From positions 3,224,001 through 3,288,000 of the forward strand of contig CM060734.1 in NCBI GenBank assembly GCA_030704615.1: a stretch of DNA of 64,000 bases, given 5' to 3'. A program made the position numbers and the translations under genes. The stretch is from Takakia lepidozioides. Lineage: Eukaryota > Plantae > Bryophyta. Position 1 is the first letter of the stretch, and each line of letters begins with the position of its first letter. The notes under the pieces were generated by a model. The model searched no databases, was not told the DNA's origin, and saw only the letters and a list, made by a program, of their open reading frames with translations. Below are positions 52,940 to 64,000 of the stretch, in pieces.

Positions 52940-53875
52940 AAATAACCATCAAAATTTGAAGCTGCGGTCTGGGAATGAGGCTTCAAATTTTGATGGTTAT
53001 TTGGTTTGCTACTCCCATGCCAACAACATCAGGTCCACTGAGACTGTCATATTCCGAATTCTGTATCAGCTACCACGGACATGAAACCAGGAACTGAGCA
53101 CCAAATCTCCAATTCATTCTATTTATGGTGGGTCGTGGCTGACCGGGGTGGCTGATACGTTCGTTTGAACATGACAATCTCAGAGGACCTGATGTTGTTG
53201 GCATGAGAATAGCAAAAAGACTTCTACAGAATCCAACTAGAGGAACAACAATAGCATCAAACACCTTACAGTAAATATGATTGTTGACATTGGTTGTGAC
53301 AGCTCCAATCAATAGAGAACTCGCACCATCAGCTGCGCTCCAGCAGCAGTACCGGTCCCCCGAGTAAATAAAGTTCCGTTGGAATACTAAATTGCATATG
53401 CTCGAACCTCACAGATGTCATTTCAACAAAACCGGCCGTGTACTGTGTCACTGTTTGTATGTTCCAATGTTTCAATGTTTCTGACATGGTACTGAGAAAA
53501 CGATATATTGGTTCTGTAGGAGTTAGACAACAAACATTCAATATCTCATTCAAATGTCAACACTACCATGAGAGGCATGGATCTGAAAGCAATATGTGTA
53601 CATGTGACCTCCGGACATTCAAGTAGACCATTCGCAGGACCTAGTATCAAACGTTCGAGGTCGCACGTGCACCTGTTACTTTCTGATCCATGCCTCTGGT
53701 AGTGTCGCACATCCGAATGAGATGTGGGACGTTTGTTGTTTAACTCCTACGGAACTAATACATCGTTTTCTTAGAACCCTATCAGAAACGTTGGAACATT
53801 ACAAATATAAACAGTGAGACATACACAAACCATTTATGTTGCAATGACAAGTGTCAGGGTTGAGCATATGCAATG
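52940..53875. repeat. Three consecutive inverted repeats (foldbacks)
   Basis: Perfect 23-bp stem 52940-52962/52980-53002. A ~45-bp stem 53005-53050/53171-53217. An imperfect foldback with ~230-bp arms at 53390-53875. Confidence 0.8.
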
Positions 53876-53984
53876 TAGTTTTTACAATGAGACTTTAATT
53901 ATTACATGCACGATCAAAATTGAGTTATGTCTTCACAAATAAACCATTGTACCGCCGCAAATCTAATATCTATGAGACTATGGT

Positions 53985-55456
53985 CTACTCCGTCCTATAT
54001 ACGTCTACTGGCTCAGGCCAATAGAATGGCTTGCCCATGAACCGACGTACTACGTGGGCTAAAGTGACTCTCTCCCTCTTGTTGTCATTGTACAACCTTT
54101 GTAGCATTGAATCCCAACAACATCCCGTAGATTGATCCTCGAACATACTGGAATCATAATGAGAGCTACCATTTATTAGTACCGTTATCTTCCCAATGGC
54201 AAAGGCCTCCGACGTCATGTCCTGGGTAGGGGGGGGGAGGGGGGGGCATTCGCATTAAAACCGATGCATATCTTTTTCCACCCACCATCTTTTCGCGAGT
54301 TCCCGGTCCAACTTGTCTTGGTTTTCAAATTGGTACGGCGAGGCTTTGCGCATCTCCAATGGGGTGGCTAAGCCCCAATCACACGCCCCAATCTTGATCT
54401 CCTCGGTGCCATCTGGAAAATGCACCAAGATGTTGTCGGAGGACAAGTCGTTGTGCATGACACCGTTCTTATGGACAACATCCACGATGCATACTAGTGC
54501 CCATGCAAGTTTACTGCACACTTTATGGAAACGAAGCAAGCGATCGGTTTCCTGGAATTCTTCTTCCGTTTTTTTTTTTTTCCCACAATCTCCATGTTGT
54601 CCCAATCGTTGCCCCATTTTCTGTCAAGGTTCATCATGTCGCGTATTGTCCACCCATTCCACCAGCGAGTGTAACCCTCTACCTCACGTGCATTCACAGT
54701 AAAATTTGAGATAACACCCGGATGTTGAAACTTCACTGTCAAATACTCGTCGTTATGTTGTCTCAGTGCCTTTTTCTAGATTTTTGGACTTGGTTTTTTC
54801 CCCGCTAGTTCCCAACACTCCGATATTCTCGAATCGCCAACAATCCTACACTGACGGACCTTAGCATACCCTCATTCTTGGTAAGGGCCAATCTGTACCA
54901 CCCTCGCACTTGAGTTCATGTAATAAAGAGAAGTCGTGTCTCCCCCGCCCGATGACCCCGCCTTCCAAGGGACTAACCTGGTCCGGCGATGTGAATTATG
55001 ACTTGCCGAGTGCGCCCAATACTCGACACGCCGCATTAACTCGGCTTCATGGGAGGACACCTGACTCTCGGTTGTTCTACCCTTCCATGTCTTCATTAGC
55101 TGCCTCAAATTCCACGTGGCATTTTTTGCCCTGCTTTGGATCCACCGATTGAAATTCGGCTTGTCCCTGTCCGCCGTCCACTTATCCCTAGCCAAAACGT
55201 CCGTCATTTTCCTCTCCATATTCTGCTGAAAAATCTGAAACCCCTCCCATCCATGCCTGACATAAGCACTCTCCAGCCTCATCATGTCCCTAACACTGAA
55301 ATAATTAATTACCACTTGTTTCACCCTATCCAAGGCATTCGGTCCCGGGTAGTCTTGCTTGTTGACCTGGCTATCCCGCTCGTGGGCACATTTTCTCTTC
55401 CTCCAATCCCTAGACAACAACCCCGCCCCAGAACTTGAATTCACAACCCCCGACAT
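53985..55456 (-). pseudogene. Protein kinase (non-RD, apparently intronless), disrupted
   Basis: E*GYAKVR, LAGKK, HPGVI, HNDLSSDNILV, DWGLA and SEAFAIG. ~190-aa N-terminal extension. TATA-like sequence near 55775. Confidence 0.8.
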
Positions 55457-57908
55457 TGTATAAACCTTTGCCCACTACAGGGGAGCGAACCTCAGAAACG
55501 GTAATGGACGCGTGTGGATGGTATCTTTTTAGTTTCTGCAAAAACAGGTCACAGGAGATCCCAAAACGGCAAAATGGAGATGATGAAACTTAGAACAAGG
55601 GTGTGGGACCAACCAATAAAAACCCGACAAAACCTCTCTCCCCCCCCCCAAAATAATCACCTTTGCACCTCCCGTTGGTAGTGCCAAGCAACGAAGTCCG
55701 AAAGGACTACATGATGCCAAGGAACCGCTCCACGATAGGAGCAAAAGTGATCAGAAAGGGAGGGGGGAATGGTTTATATATAGCCCCCCCCCCCCCCCCA
55801 AAATGGCATTTTGCATGACAAGGCGCGACTGGCCAATGGCGCCTCGCCACGTGTCGGCGCGGCGCGACTGGCCAAAAACAACCGTCAATTGGGCGGTCGT
55901 TATATTTTATTTTTATTAAAAAAAAATATCTTATTTTCATTTTATTTTTATTTTTGAAAGGAGCGACGTCGAACCGGTCGACGCGCTACGCTCAGGCCAT
56001 ATACTCAGCATTGTATGAGTTTTTGAAATTAAAAAAAGAAGCGACCGTCAGTTGTGCGGTCAATTTATTTTCTTTTTATAAAGCTCCTGGACAAACCATA
56101 AGGCGAAGATTGGATAGCTCCTTGTCAGAATCAGATAGGCTGATTCAAAACACATCTACATCATAACATATGATTAGACTGAAACTGAACTAGGTGAGTT
56201 TGGAAGCCGCACCAGAGTGCAATGACTACAATGCCTCGCCGAGTCCTATCTGAAGCAATTGGAGGCAGTCAGAGTTCGGGTAAAGGAGGAAGATCCAGGA
56301 TTGGCTACCTTCTCTCTCGTGATTCCATAGCCTCTACAACCTGTGCTGGTGCTGTTGGTGGGGGATTTGAAGCATTTCCTGCCTTCAATATGGGTAGCCA
56401 GCAAGGCTAGGCAAATCATTATACAATGTTTCACCATGCTCAATCACTTTCTTGCCCAAGTATTTCGTGCCCATATATACAGGGGTGTGTTAGTTCCTCA
56501 TTGGTCATTTCGTCCACCCAGCCTGGTTATAAGTAGAATGCATGTCTCATAAACTGCAAATGTCGTCTTGGTAACATTGGCCCCAGGATTCATAATGCCC
56601 ATAGATAGAAGCTCATTTGCAAGTACAAGAAGGCGAAGTAGACCTCCGTCTCTTTCTCCATTTCTCAAATGGAGGCTATCTGTGAATGGCATCAAATACT
56701 GAGAATATCAAATATCTCATAACTTTTCGGCCTTTGGAACCCACCTCCACCTTGCGCAAGCCGGCCTCATGCTTGAAGTGGTAGGGCGTCCGGAAGCAGA
56801 AAAATGAGAGATCTGTAAACTGCAGCAGTTCATCCATTTTCCTGGAACCAAAACAAACGGCGGATGTCAGACGTCACGTCCAAACGTGAATTGAACGCCT
56901 TGGCTCTTTGGTGCAAGATTTGGCTTCACATTTAAATGTTGGACTGAGCCGGTGGAAGCTGGCAGCCTAGCTTCTTGTGGCAGGCCCCTAGCCAGCTTTC
57001 TTTCGTAATCCTTTCGGCACCAAATATACAGGGGTGGAGGGATGGTGTTCTTCTGTGATAGTTCCTCATTGGTTGTTTCGTCCACCCAACCTGTCTATAA
57101 GTAGAATGACTTCACAACACAACACAATACGTCACGTCGGCCGTCGGCCGTCACGTCTAAACGTGCATGGAGGTTTCTGGAGGAACAACCAACACAACCA
57201 GCTTTGGCCGTGGAACCGACCGACGCGCACATGCTCAAGTAGGATGGTAGAGAGAAGCACAACATCCGATGATGACGGCCGCCATCATTTTGCGATGAGT
57301 GTGGCTCTCAACGAGTTATGCTATATTTATGCGAGTAGGCCTGGGGAACATGTTAGTGCGCAGAGTTCCTGAAATGTGCCATTGGGATGCACCTCGATCG
57401 TGCAAGGTGGAAGCCCAGGTGGTGGGGTCATCTAGATTACCCTTACTTCGAACCTAGTGGACATGGGATCTTCATGCAAACCAAGAGGCGAGGGTCACTG
57501 GAGCCATGGTGCTATTGGAGATGATGCCATCATTTTGCGATGAGTGTGGCTCTCAGAGAAAAAAATCGACCGCCAATATGGCTTTATATTTATGAAATTA
57601 ATAATACAAGCAACCGCCAGTATGACTTTGTATTTATGAAATTAAAAATACAAATGACCGCCAGTATGGCAGTCGCTTAATATTTTTAAAATTTAAAAAA
57701 AAACGACCGTCAATTGTGCGGTCACTTTATTTATTTTTTACAAAACTATGAAGCGGCCGCTACCGTACTGACCTAGCTTATTAGGCAATAATTAATTCAA
57801 AATCAAGTGCCTAATTAAATTTAGAAGATTTTTGGAAAATGTGCCTAAAATTTGAAAAAAATTCCTAGGAAGTGCCTAATTGCTCGAAAATTGTGAAAAC
57901 ACCAAAAT

Positions 57909-58543
57909 GCTTCTCATTTAACAATAATAGGGTCATGAATGCCCGCGCATGTGTCTACGGCGGGGCCCGCGTGTGGCAGAGGGTGTTGCGGAGGGTGGGA
58001 GCGCCCCTACCCAGACCCCGCCAGTCTGTTTGCTGGGTCTGCCCGGCAAGCTGGTCTGCTGGGGCCCACAATATGCACATAAAGCATTAGTTATTGCATG
58101 GGCTTGCAAAAAGCGGGGGTAGTGTGGTGGTTAAGAGCAATGAATGATAAACACGAGGTATGGTGTTCAAATCTCGTTACGTTGTACCGTGGCAGTAATG
58201 TGTGTTATTAAATATATATTTTGTCGAAGGGTTTGCCGGTCTACTGGAGGGTCCAAGCCGGTTTGCTGGAGGGGGGTCTGCTCGGTCTGCTTGGAGGGTC
58301 TGCCGGTTTGCTGGAGGGGCGTCTGCCCAGTCTGCTGGAGAGGTGCCAGTCCGCTCGTCGATCTGCTGGAGGGTCTGCCCAGTCCGCTAGAAGGTCCGTC
58401 ACGGTAGATTAACAAGGACTTAGAAAAATTTCAGAATCTCACCGACCCGGTGAATGGGCGGTGGGCTTATGAGCTCACCCCAATGGTCGTACTGGCGGGG
58501 CCCGCCCATGCATTCATGACCCTATTATTAAACAATGAGAGGC
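57909..58543. mobile_element. MULE-type MITE (635 bp)
   Basis: TIRs GCTTCTCATT..AATAATAGGGTCATGAATGC and (rc) GCCTCTCATT..AATAATAGGGTCATGAATGC. 9-bp TSD CACCAAAAT/CACCAGAAT. Empty site near 59738. Internal ~24-bp repeats. Confidence 0.82.
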
Positions 58544-59044
58544 CACCAGAATATCCAAATATGTGGAAACAATGTTTAGATTTGTATTATTTAAAGTCCA
58601 AAAAAAGCTTAAAGTCCAAAACACATTTGCCTCACCAACGACGCACTCACCCTTGAACCAATTTTGAATTAAATCGAATTTAAATGAATTTTAAGTAAAT
58701 AATTGGATTCAGAATGTCTATGATTGTGGATTTTTGCTAATCATATGCTATGATGTAGACGTGTTTTGAATCGCCCTATCTGATTCTGACAATGAGCCCT
58801 CCAATCTTCACTTCATATTTTTAAAATATAAATCAAACGACTGCCAATATGACCGCCGCTTCAAAATTTTAAAATGAAAAAAAAAAAAAAACGACCGCCA
58901 ATATGGCTTTATATTTATGAAATTAAAAATACAAGCTGATGGTCGCTTAATATTTTAAATTTTTTTTTTAAAAACGACCATCAATTGTGCGGTCACTTTA
59001 TTTTCTTTTTATAAAACTATGAAAGCGGCCGCTACCGTACTGAC

Positions 59045-59592
59045 TAGTGGGGGCCGATATAGAGTGATCCGGATATCAATCCGGATACCAGTGTATCCGG
59101 ATCCGGTCCGGCAGCTATTTCATATCCGGCTACTATTTATATCCGGCGGATACATCAAACAGAGGATCCGGGTAGGATCCTACCACAACTGATATAAAAA
59201 AGATTAATTACCGGATTGTATCCGGATATGTAGCAAAAATACCGGATCTCAACCGGATATAAGAAATATCAATTAAATATCAATTAAAAATTAATTATTA
59301 GAATATTATATTAGAATTGTAAATATTTAAATTGATTAAATGAAAATTTAAAATATATTATTTTTATGATTCATATATCCGGATTACTCTATAACCGCCG
59401 GATATTATAATCTGAATATCCGGACTTATTTATATCCGGCAGATTTTAAATACTTCTACTATGGATAACCGACGGATATTAGAGAAATACATATTATTCT
59501 AATATCCGGATCCGCAGGATATATCATTCTCTAATTTGTCAAGTATCCGGACCCGGCGGATCCTTAAAAAAACTAAGAACCGCCCGACACTA
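59045..59592. mobile_element. hAT-type MITE (548 bp)
   Basis: TAGTG..CACTA termini. 8-bp TSD GTACTGAC at 59037-59044 and 59593-59600. Many ATCCGG motifs. Empty site near 57765. Confidence 0.88.
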
Positions 59593-60126
59593 GTACTGAC
59601 CTAGCTTATTAGGCAATAATTAATTCAAAATCAAGTGCTTTTTTTTGCCTAATTAAATTTAGAAGATTTTTGGAAAATGTACCTAAAAATTGGAAAATTT
59701 TCCTGAGAAGTGCCTAATTGCTCGAAAATTATGAAAACCACCCAAATGTCCAAATATGTGGAAAAAATGTCTAGATTGTATTATTGAACTACATCTTCAT
59801 AAGTTGCATCACCTATCTCATGTGAATCTTTTGAATTTGAGAGAATGTTAAGGTCAGGAACATCATCATCCTCGATATGTATGTTTGCAAGACATCGGCT
59901 CATGCTCTCAATCACATATCAAACATTATATTTTTTTTAAGAGAAAACTACCTCAACAATAGTTTTTGAGAGAGGTAAGAAAAATAATTGTTGAGGTAAT
60001 ATCTATTTTCAAGACCATTATGTTTCTTTACAAGAAAATTACCTCAACAATAGTTTTTGAGGGAGGTCAGAAATAATTGTTCATTATTATCCAGGGTCGA
60101 CTGTAATACATGCCTATGTCTGGAAA

Positions 60127-60447
60127 TTACCTATGTGAGGCGTCTAAATAATAAACACAAAGGCCCTTTCGCAAGGCTGCCGCCCACTTGTGAGGATTCT
60201 TCGATCTGGAGGCAGTCCGCATCAGCATTTCCTGCCTGTCCGGCCCCAAGTCCCACTGTTTCCCTTTCAAGAACTCGTTGTACCTGCATTGCTGCATAAT
60301 TGACCTGACAATGTCTTCCGTTGTGGCAGTGAGGATGTCCACTAGATGCGCCGCAGAGGAGGCACGCCAGGAAGAATGTACTGATTCGGCCATGTTTGTT
60401 GTTGGTATATCGGTGTCGGAGTCCAGACACATTTCCTGCACATGCAC
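60127..60447 (-). pseudogene. MULE-like transposase exon containing the catalytic Glu region
   Basis: IPTTNMAESVHSSW..DILTATTEDIVRSIMQQ..FLKG..GP, preceded by a TGCAG acceptor-like site. Confidence 0.6.
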
Positions 60448-61019
60448 ATGTTGAGGTTACAAGCAAGTTATAAAGAACTTGTAACTTTCCATTTCCCACG
60501 GCACTTATCAAAGGTTGTCCGACGGTATGTCTGCAAGACGATTACCGAGTAATCGTCAATGGCTATGGAACACTCGTGTTCCGTGAATCAACATCCCTGG
60601 TACTACTTAAATCCGGTAACTAATCAGTCATGCTAGGAACTTAGGCGAAGCTGTATTGCTACAGCTGTGACTAAATACTATCTACGCATACAACATTCTA
60701 TGCAATCGCGGAGAAGATCCATTCAGAGATTATGCACATTCTCTCCATCTCACAATCACTCTACACATAAGTACTTGGAAAAGCATGGCTTTATTTCAGA
60801 GTCACCACATCATAGCATAAGTACACATTGAATCGCTCTGATTCCACACTGATACATTGATACTTCCTAAGTTGCGTGCAGTCCTTTTACACTATGCTCG
60901 AAAGAACTGTGTACAGCCTGCGGTTGTTAATGACTGTTGCCTAACTGCCTACGCAATCTAAAAGGTTTGCCAAAAAAGTGGCCCGTGGTAGTGGCTCGTG
61001 ATCGTGGTCGTGGCTCGTG

Positions 61020-63926
61020 GTCTTTCCTGAGCATTTTTCCTTGCTCAATTCTGTTGGCCGTTTCAAATGCCTCTTCCACTGTATTGTGGGGTAACATATC
61101 CACTTTCTTTTGTAACTCAGGTCTCAGTCCACTCACAAACCAAGTCTTTTGTAAACCTGCTGGTGGCACAACGGCCAACTTCCTGACCATTAATTCCATC
61201 TTCTCCAGATATTCTTCAACAGTTTCATGCTTCTTTTGTCTCAACTGTTGTAGACTACTGTACACTTCGTCCTCAGTTTTGCTTGTCCTGAACCTATTCC
61301 GGAATGCTGTACTAAGGCCATTCCAGGTTAGAAAATGAATATCAGGAAATCGTGCATACCACTCACTTGCTTTCTTGATAAGTGAACAAAGAAATAATCT
61401 CAGTTTTGCATCTTCACCATTCTCATTGTTCACTATACACATGTGCTCGAATTGGTTGACGTGTAGGATCCCCTTTTCCTGCGTAATCGGAAAAGGTGGC
61501 TTCGCCCGGGTTGGAACTACTGCTGCCATCTGTGGCCCTACTCCCGGCCTTGTGGCTGGTGCTGGACCTCCTGTAGGTGCCGGTCCTTGAGGACCCCCTG
61601 TGGTAGTGGTTGAACCCCCACCAAGTGCTGACCCTTGAGCACTTCCTATTACAGGCCTCCCTGTATTTGCAGTACCCCAAGTTCCAGTTGCACTACTTCC
61701 CACACTCCCTTTCCCTCCAGAGACGGATCCAAGCTGCTTGCTTGATCCCCCTGGACCGACACCTTTGTTGGTCAGTGATCCAAGTGTGTCACTTGATCCT
61801 GGTCCAACAAGTTGGGATGTCTTGGTTGCAACACCAACATCAACTATTGGGTCTACATCTTCATATTCTTCGTCTTCCAAGTTTTTATCTCTGTTTTCAT
61901 CTTCCAAGTTCTTATCTTGGATTTCTTCTTTCTCGCTCATATAACTCAATTGAAGTGGTGTTGGAGAGTCTGAACTCTCCGTTGCCTCTTCCTCATCCTC
62001 TTCCTTGGCTGGTGTTTCAGAAACTGGACTTCCCGCTCTTGGTGTACCGTGCCAACTCCGATCAAAGATTTCTGTTAAATCTTTTATCCAGGGATTCACC
62101 TCTGACCTTTCCCCTTGAGGCTGACCTTCTTCCTGTACCAAATCTCTTAATCTTTCTTGTAAAGAATAGGAAGGAGTGACATCTAAATTAGGATCTTCTG
62201 GTATGGGTGATGTACTCTCTGGTCCTGGTGGTGTGAGAGGTCCAGATGATTCCCCTATGTCTATTCCTCTCTCCCAGAGATATGGATAATTAGCTTTTAA
62301 ATAATTTTTTTTTTTGGCTAATATCTCTGAAGTCTCGCTTCCCTTTCATCACTCATGACCCATGTCTTTCATGTCTTTGATGAGGCAATAACCAAAACTC
62401 TCTCCTGTAATATCTCTTGTATATGCCTGGATTTCTTTCAAGCTTTAATGCACCCTTGGCTAGACTAGAAGACTCCGGTACCATATATCCATATGGTAAG
62501 CAGGTCTAAAAAGTTGTTTTTGGTGTAAGCTTGATCCAAATGATATCCTTTGGAATCCAATTCTTTACCAATTCAAGCTCTTCATGCATATGAGTGTAAA
62601 CATTCACTCTTGATTCTTCCCAACTTTCGAACTCAACTCATTTAATGGATAGCAACGCTATCACATAAACCAATGTTGTTAACCATCTCGCTCTCCCTTT
62701 ACAGGCCACTTGATAAATCTTTATCACTCTTTTTTCCAAATCCCACTCTGGATCAACATCATGCACTCTCTTGGGAATATTTTCCTTGCAACCGTCTGGC
62801 AATTCCAAGAACTTCTGAAAGAATTGTTTGGACAATCTTTCTTTCTCAGTTTCACAGGGAATTTGATTCACATCAAATTCTTTTATTCTCCATCCTCCAT
62901 GATCCCACCAGATGCCTGTCACATCTGGGTGTTCTTTTGTTCTTGAATCAGTTCCCCAGTATGGTCGCCAAATGTTGAGCGGCTTTTACTCACCCATCCC
63001 TTAGCTATCCGGGGTGGAAACTCTAGGTTAAAAGAATTAGAAATCTCTAAGTACTCAGCCCGCTCAGAACAATCAGTCATGACCTACACCTAGTGTATCA
63101 TGGGGGTGTTTTCCTATATCTATTCCTTCTTGCATTCATGTTTAGCATGTTACCTTACTGCCTAAGATTAAGTATCAGATTGCTTCTGCAATCTACCAAG
63201 TTCCATCTTTATAACTTAAGCATACATTCCACGGCTTCACGCAGGTCTCTCTACACAATGTGAGTATGAAGTAGGAATCGTATTAATAACTGTCATATGT
63301 CAGGCCGAAGCCATGGTGTCTCTATTCTACCCTACAGTAACATCTCTACCGCTTGCATGTATCAAGCTCTCTCCGTTGTCTCTCTCCTCCTCCATGTACT
63401 CCCTGTCCATGCGCCCCAGAAGTGATGCCCTCTCTGTAGCTACTCTGCATAATGAACCCACGAGCTGTTCTAACCGTCTAACTAACTAACTGCCAGCCAA
63501 GACAATATGTAGGTACTGCCGTTCCTTATGTTGTTGGAACATGGGGATCAAAGTAGGGGGACCAGACACATGGGGGGATGTTAGTAGAGGGGAGCAAACA
63601 TGTGCGGAGAGTAGTGGATGTGACATGCATGGCGATTGTGTGGTCAGGGAGGTGACACGTGGGCAGGGAACACAGGGGGAACGGTGGGGGAACATAGAGA
63701 CATATGGAACACACGGGGGACCAGACGGTGGGGGAGCAGAAACTCGGGATGGATTGGATATTGGGGGATTTTGCAAATGAGGGATTGAGAGGAGGCAACA
63801 TCTGAGAGGAAGGGGACCAAAACTGCAGGGGCAGGGAAACATGAGAAGGAGATCGTTGTGTAGGAGGAATAAAACACCATGCTAGGACGAAAAAGAAATC
63901 CCTATAAGTGCATGCATTATGAGCTG
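61020..63926 (-). mobile_element. 5' part of a family A2 Gypsy: partial LTR (62973-63926), PBS, ORF0, gag N-terminal half
   Basis: LTR end followed by PBS TGGCGACCATACTGGGGA. The gag ORF 60927-62141 is truncated after KMLRKD. Confidence 0.9.
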
Positions 63927-64000
63927 GCCGACCCCATGAAAGCTCGAACTCGGCTCACATCCGTGGGGTGTGGAATCTGTGCAATGGCCTCTACCTTAGT

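Larger units (their letters stand above)
57560..59775. repeat. Two direct copies of an AT-rich element, each interrupted by a different MITE
   Basis: 57560-57908 + 58553-58590 versus 58885-59044 + 59601-59775. Related GACCG motifs at 55940-56075. 56100-56178 is inverted relative to 58736-58812. Confidence 0.75.

Noticed and set aside
56440-57110. Short duplicated segment with possible coding remnants
   Set aside because: Too short and degenerate to assign.

Overview
This is a eukaryotic, transposon-dense window, most likely from a non-seed land plant (inferred from GT-AG introns and the plant Ty3/Gypsy, L1 and MULE content). It has a 500-N gap at 6097-6596. (1) 568-5716 (-): a spliced, frameshift-riddled gene that the ORF track fragments. 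It combines a ParB/Srx-like domain (FFVWDGNHRMLAW) with a prokaryote-type beta-class amino (N4C/N6A) DNA methyltransferase domain (DIP[Y]G ... VLDVTANTG|ACMWAGRMSNRFVFSFEGD). (2) Several copies of a non-chromovirus Ty3/Gypsy family (A) with extra 5' and 3' ORFs. One TSD-bounded copy (31609-44678) has its gag-pol shuffled by three nested inversions. (3) A chromovirus-type Gypsy and its probable LTR family (B). (4) An L1-like LINE split by later insertions. (5) MULE-like DNA transposons, including a 6.27-kb TIR element with a 9-bp TSD that carries about 4.4 kb of GGCGCC-centred palindrome arrays, plus two MITEs. (6) A non-RD kinase pseudogene and foldback hairpins. No rRNA, tRNA or CRISPR is supported. 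All family assignments come from manual motif reading; no searches were run.
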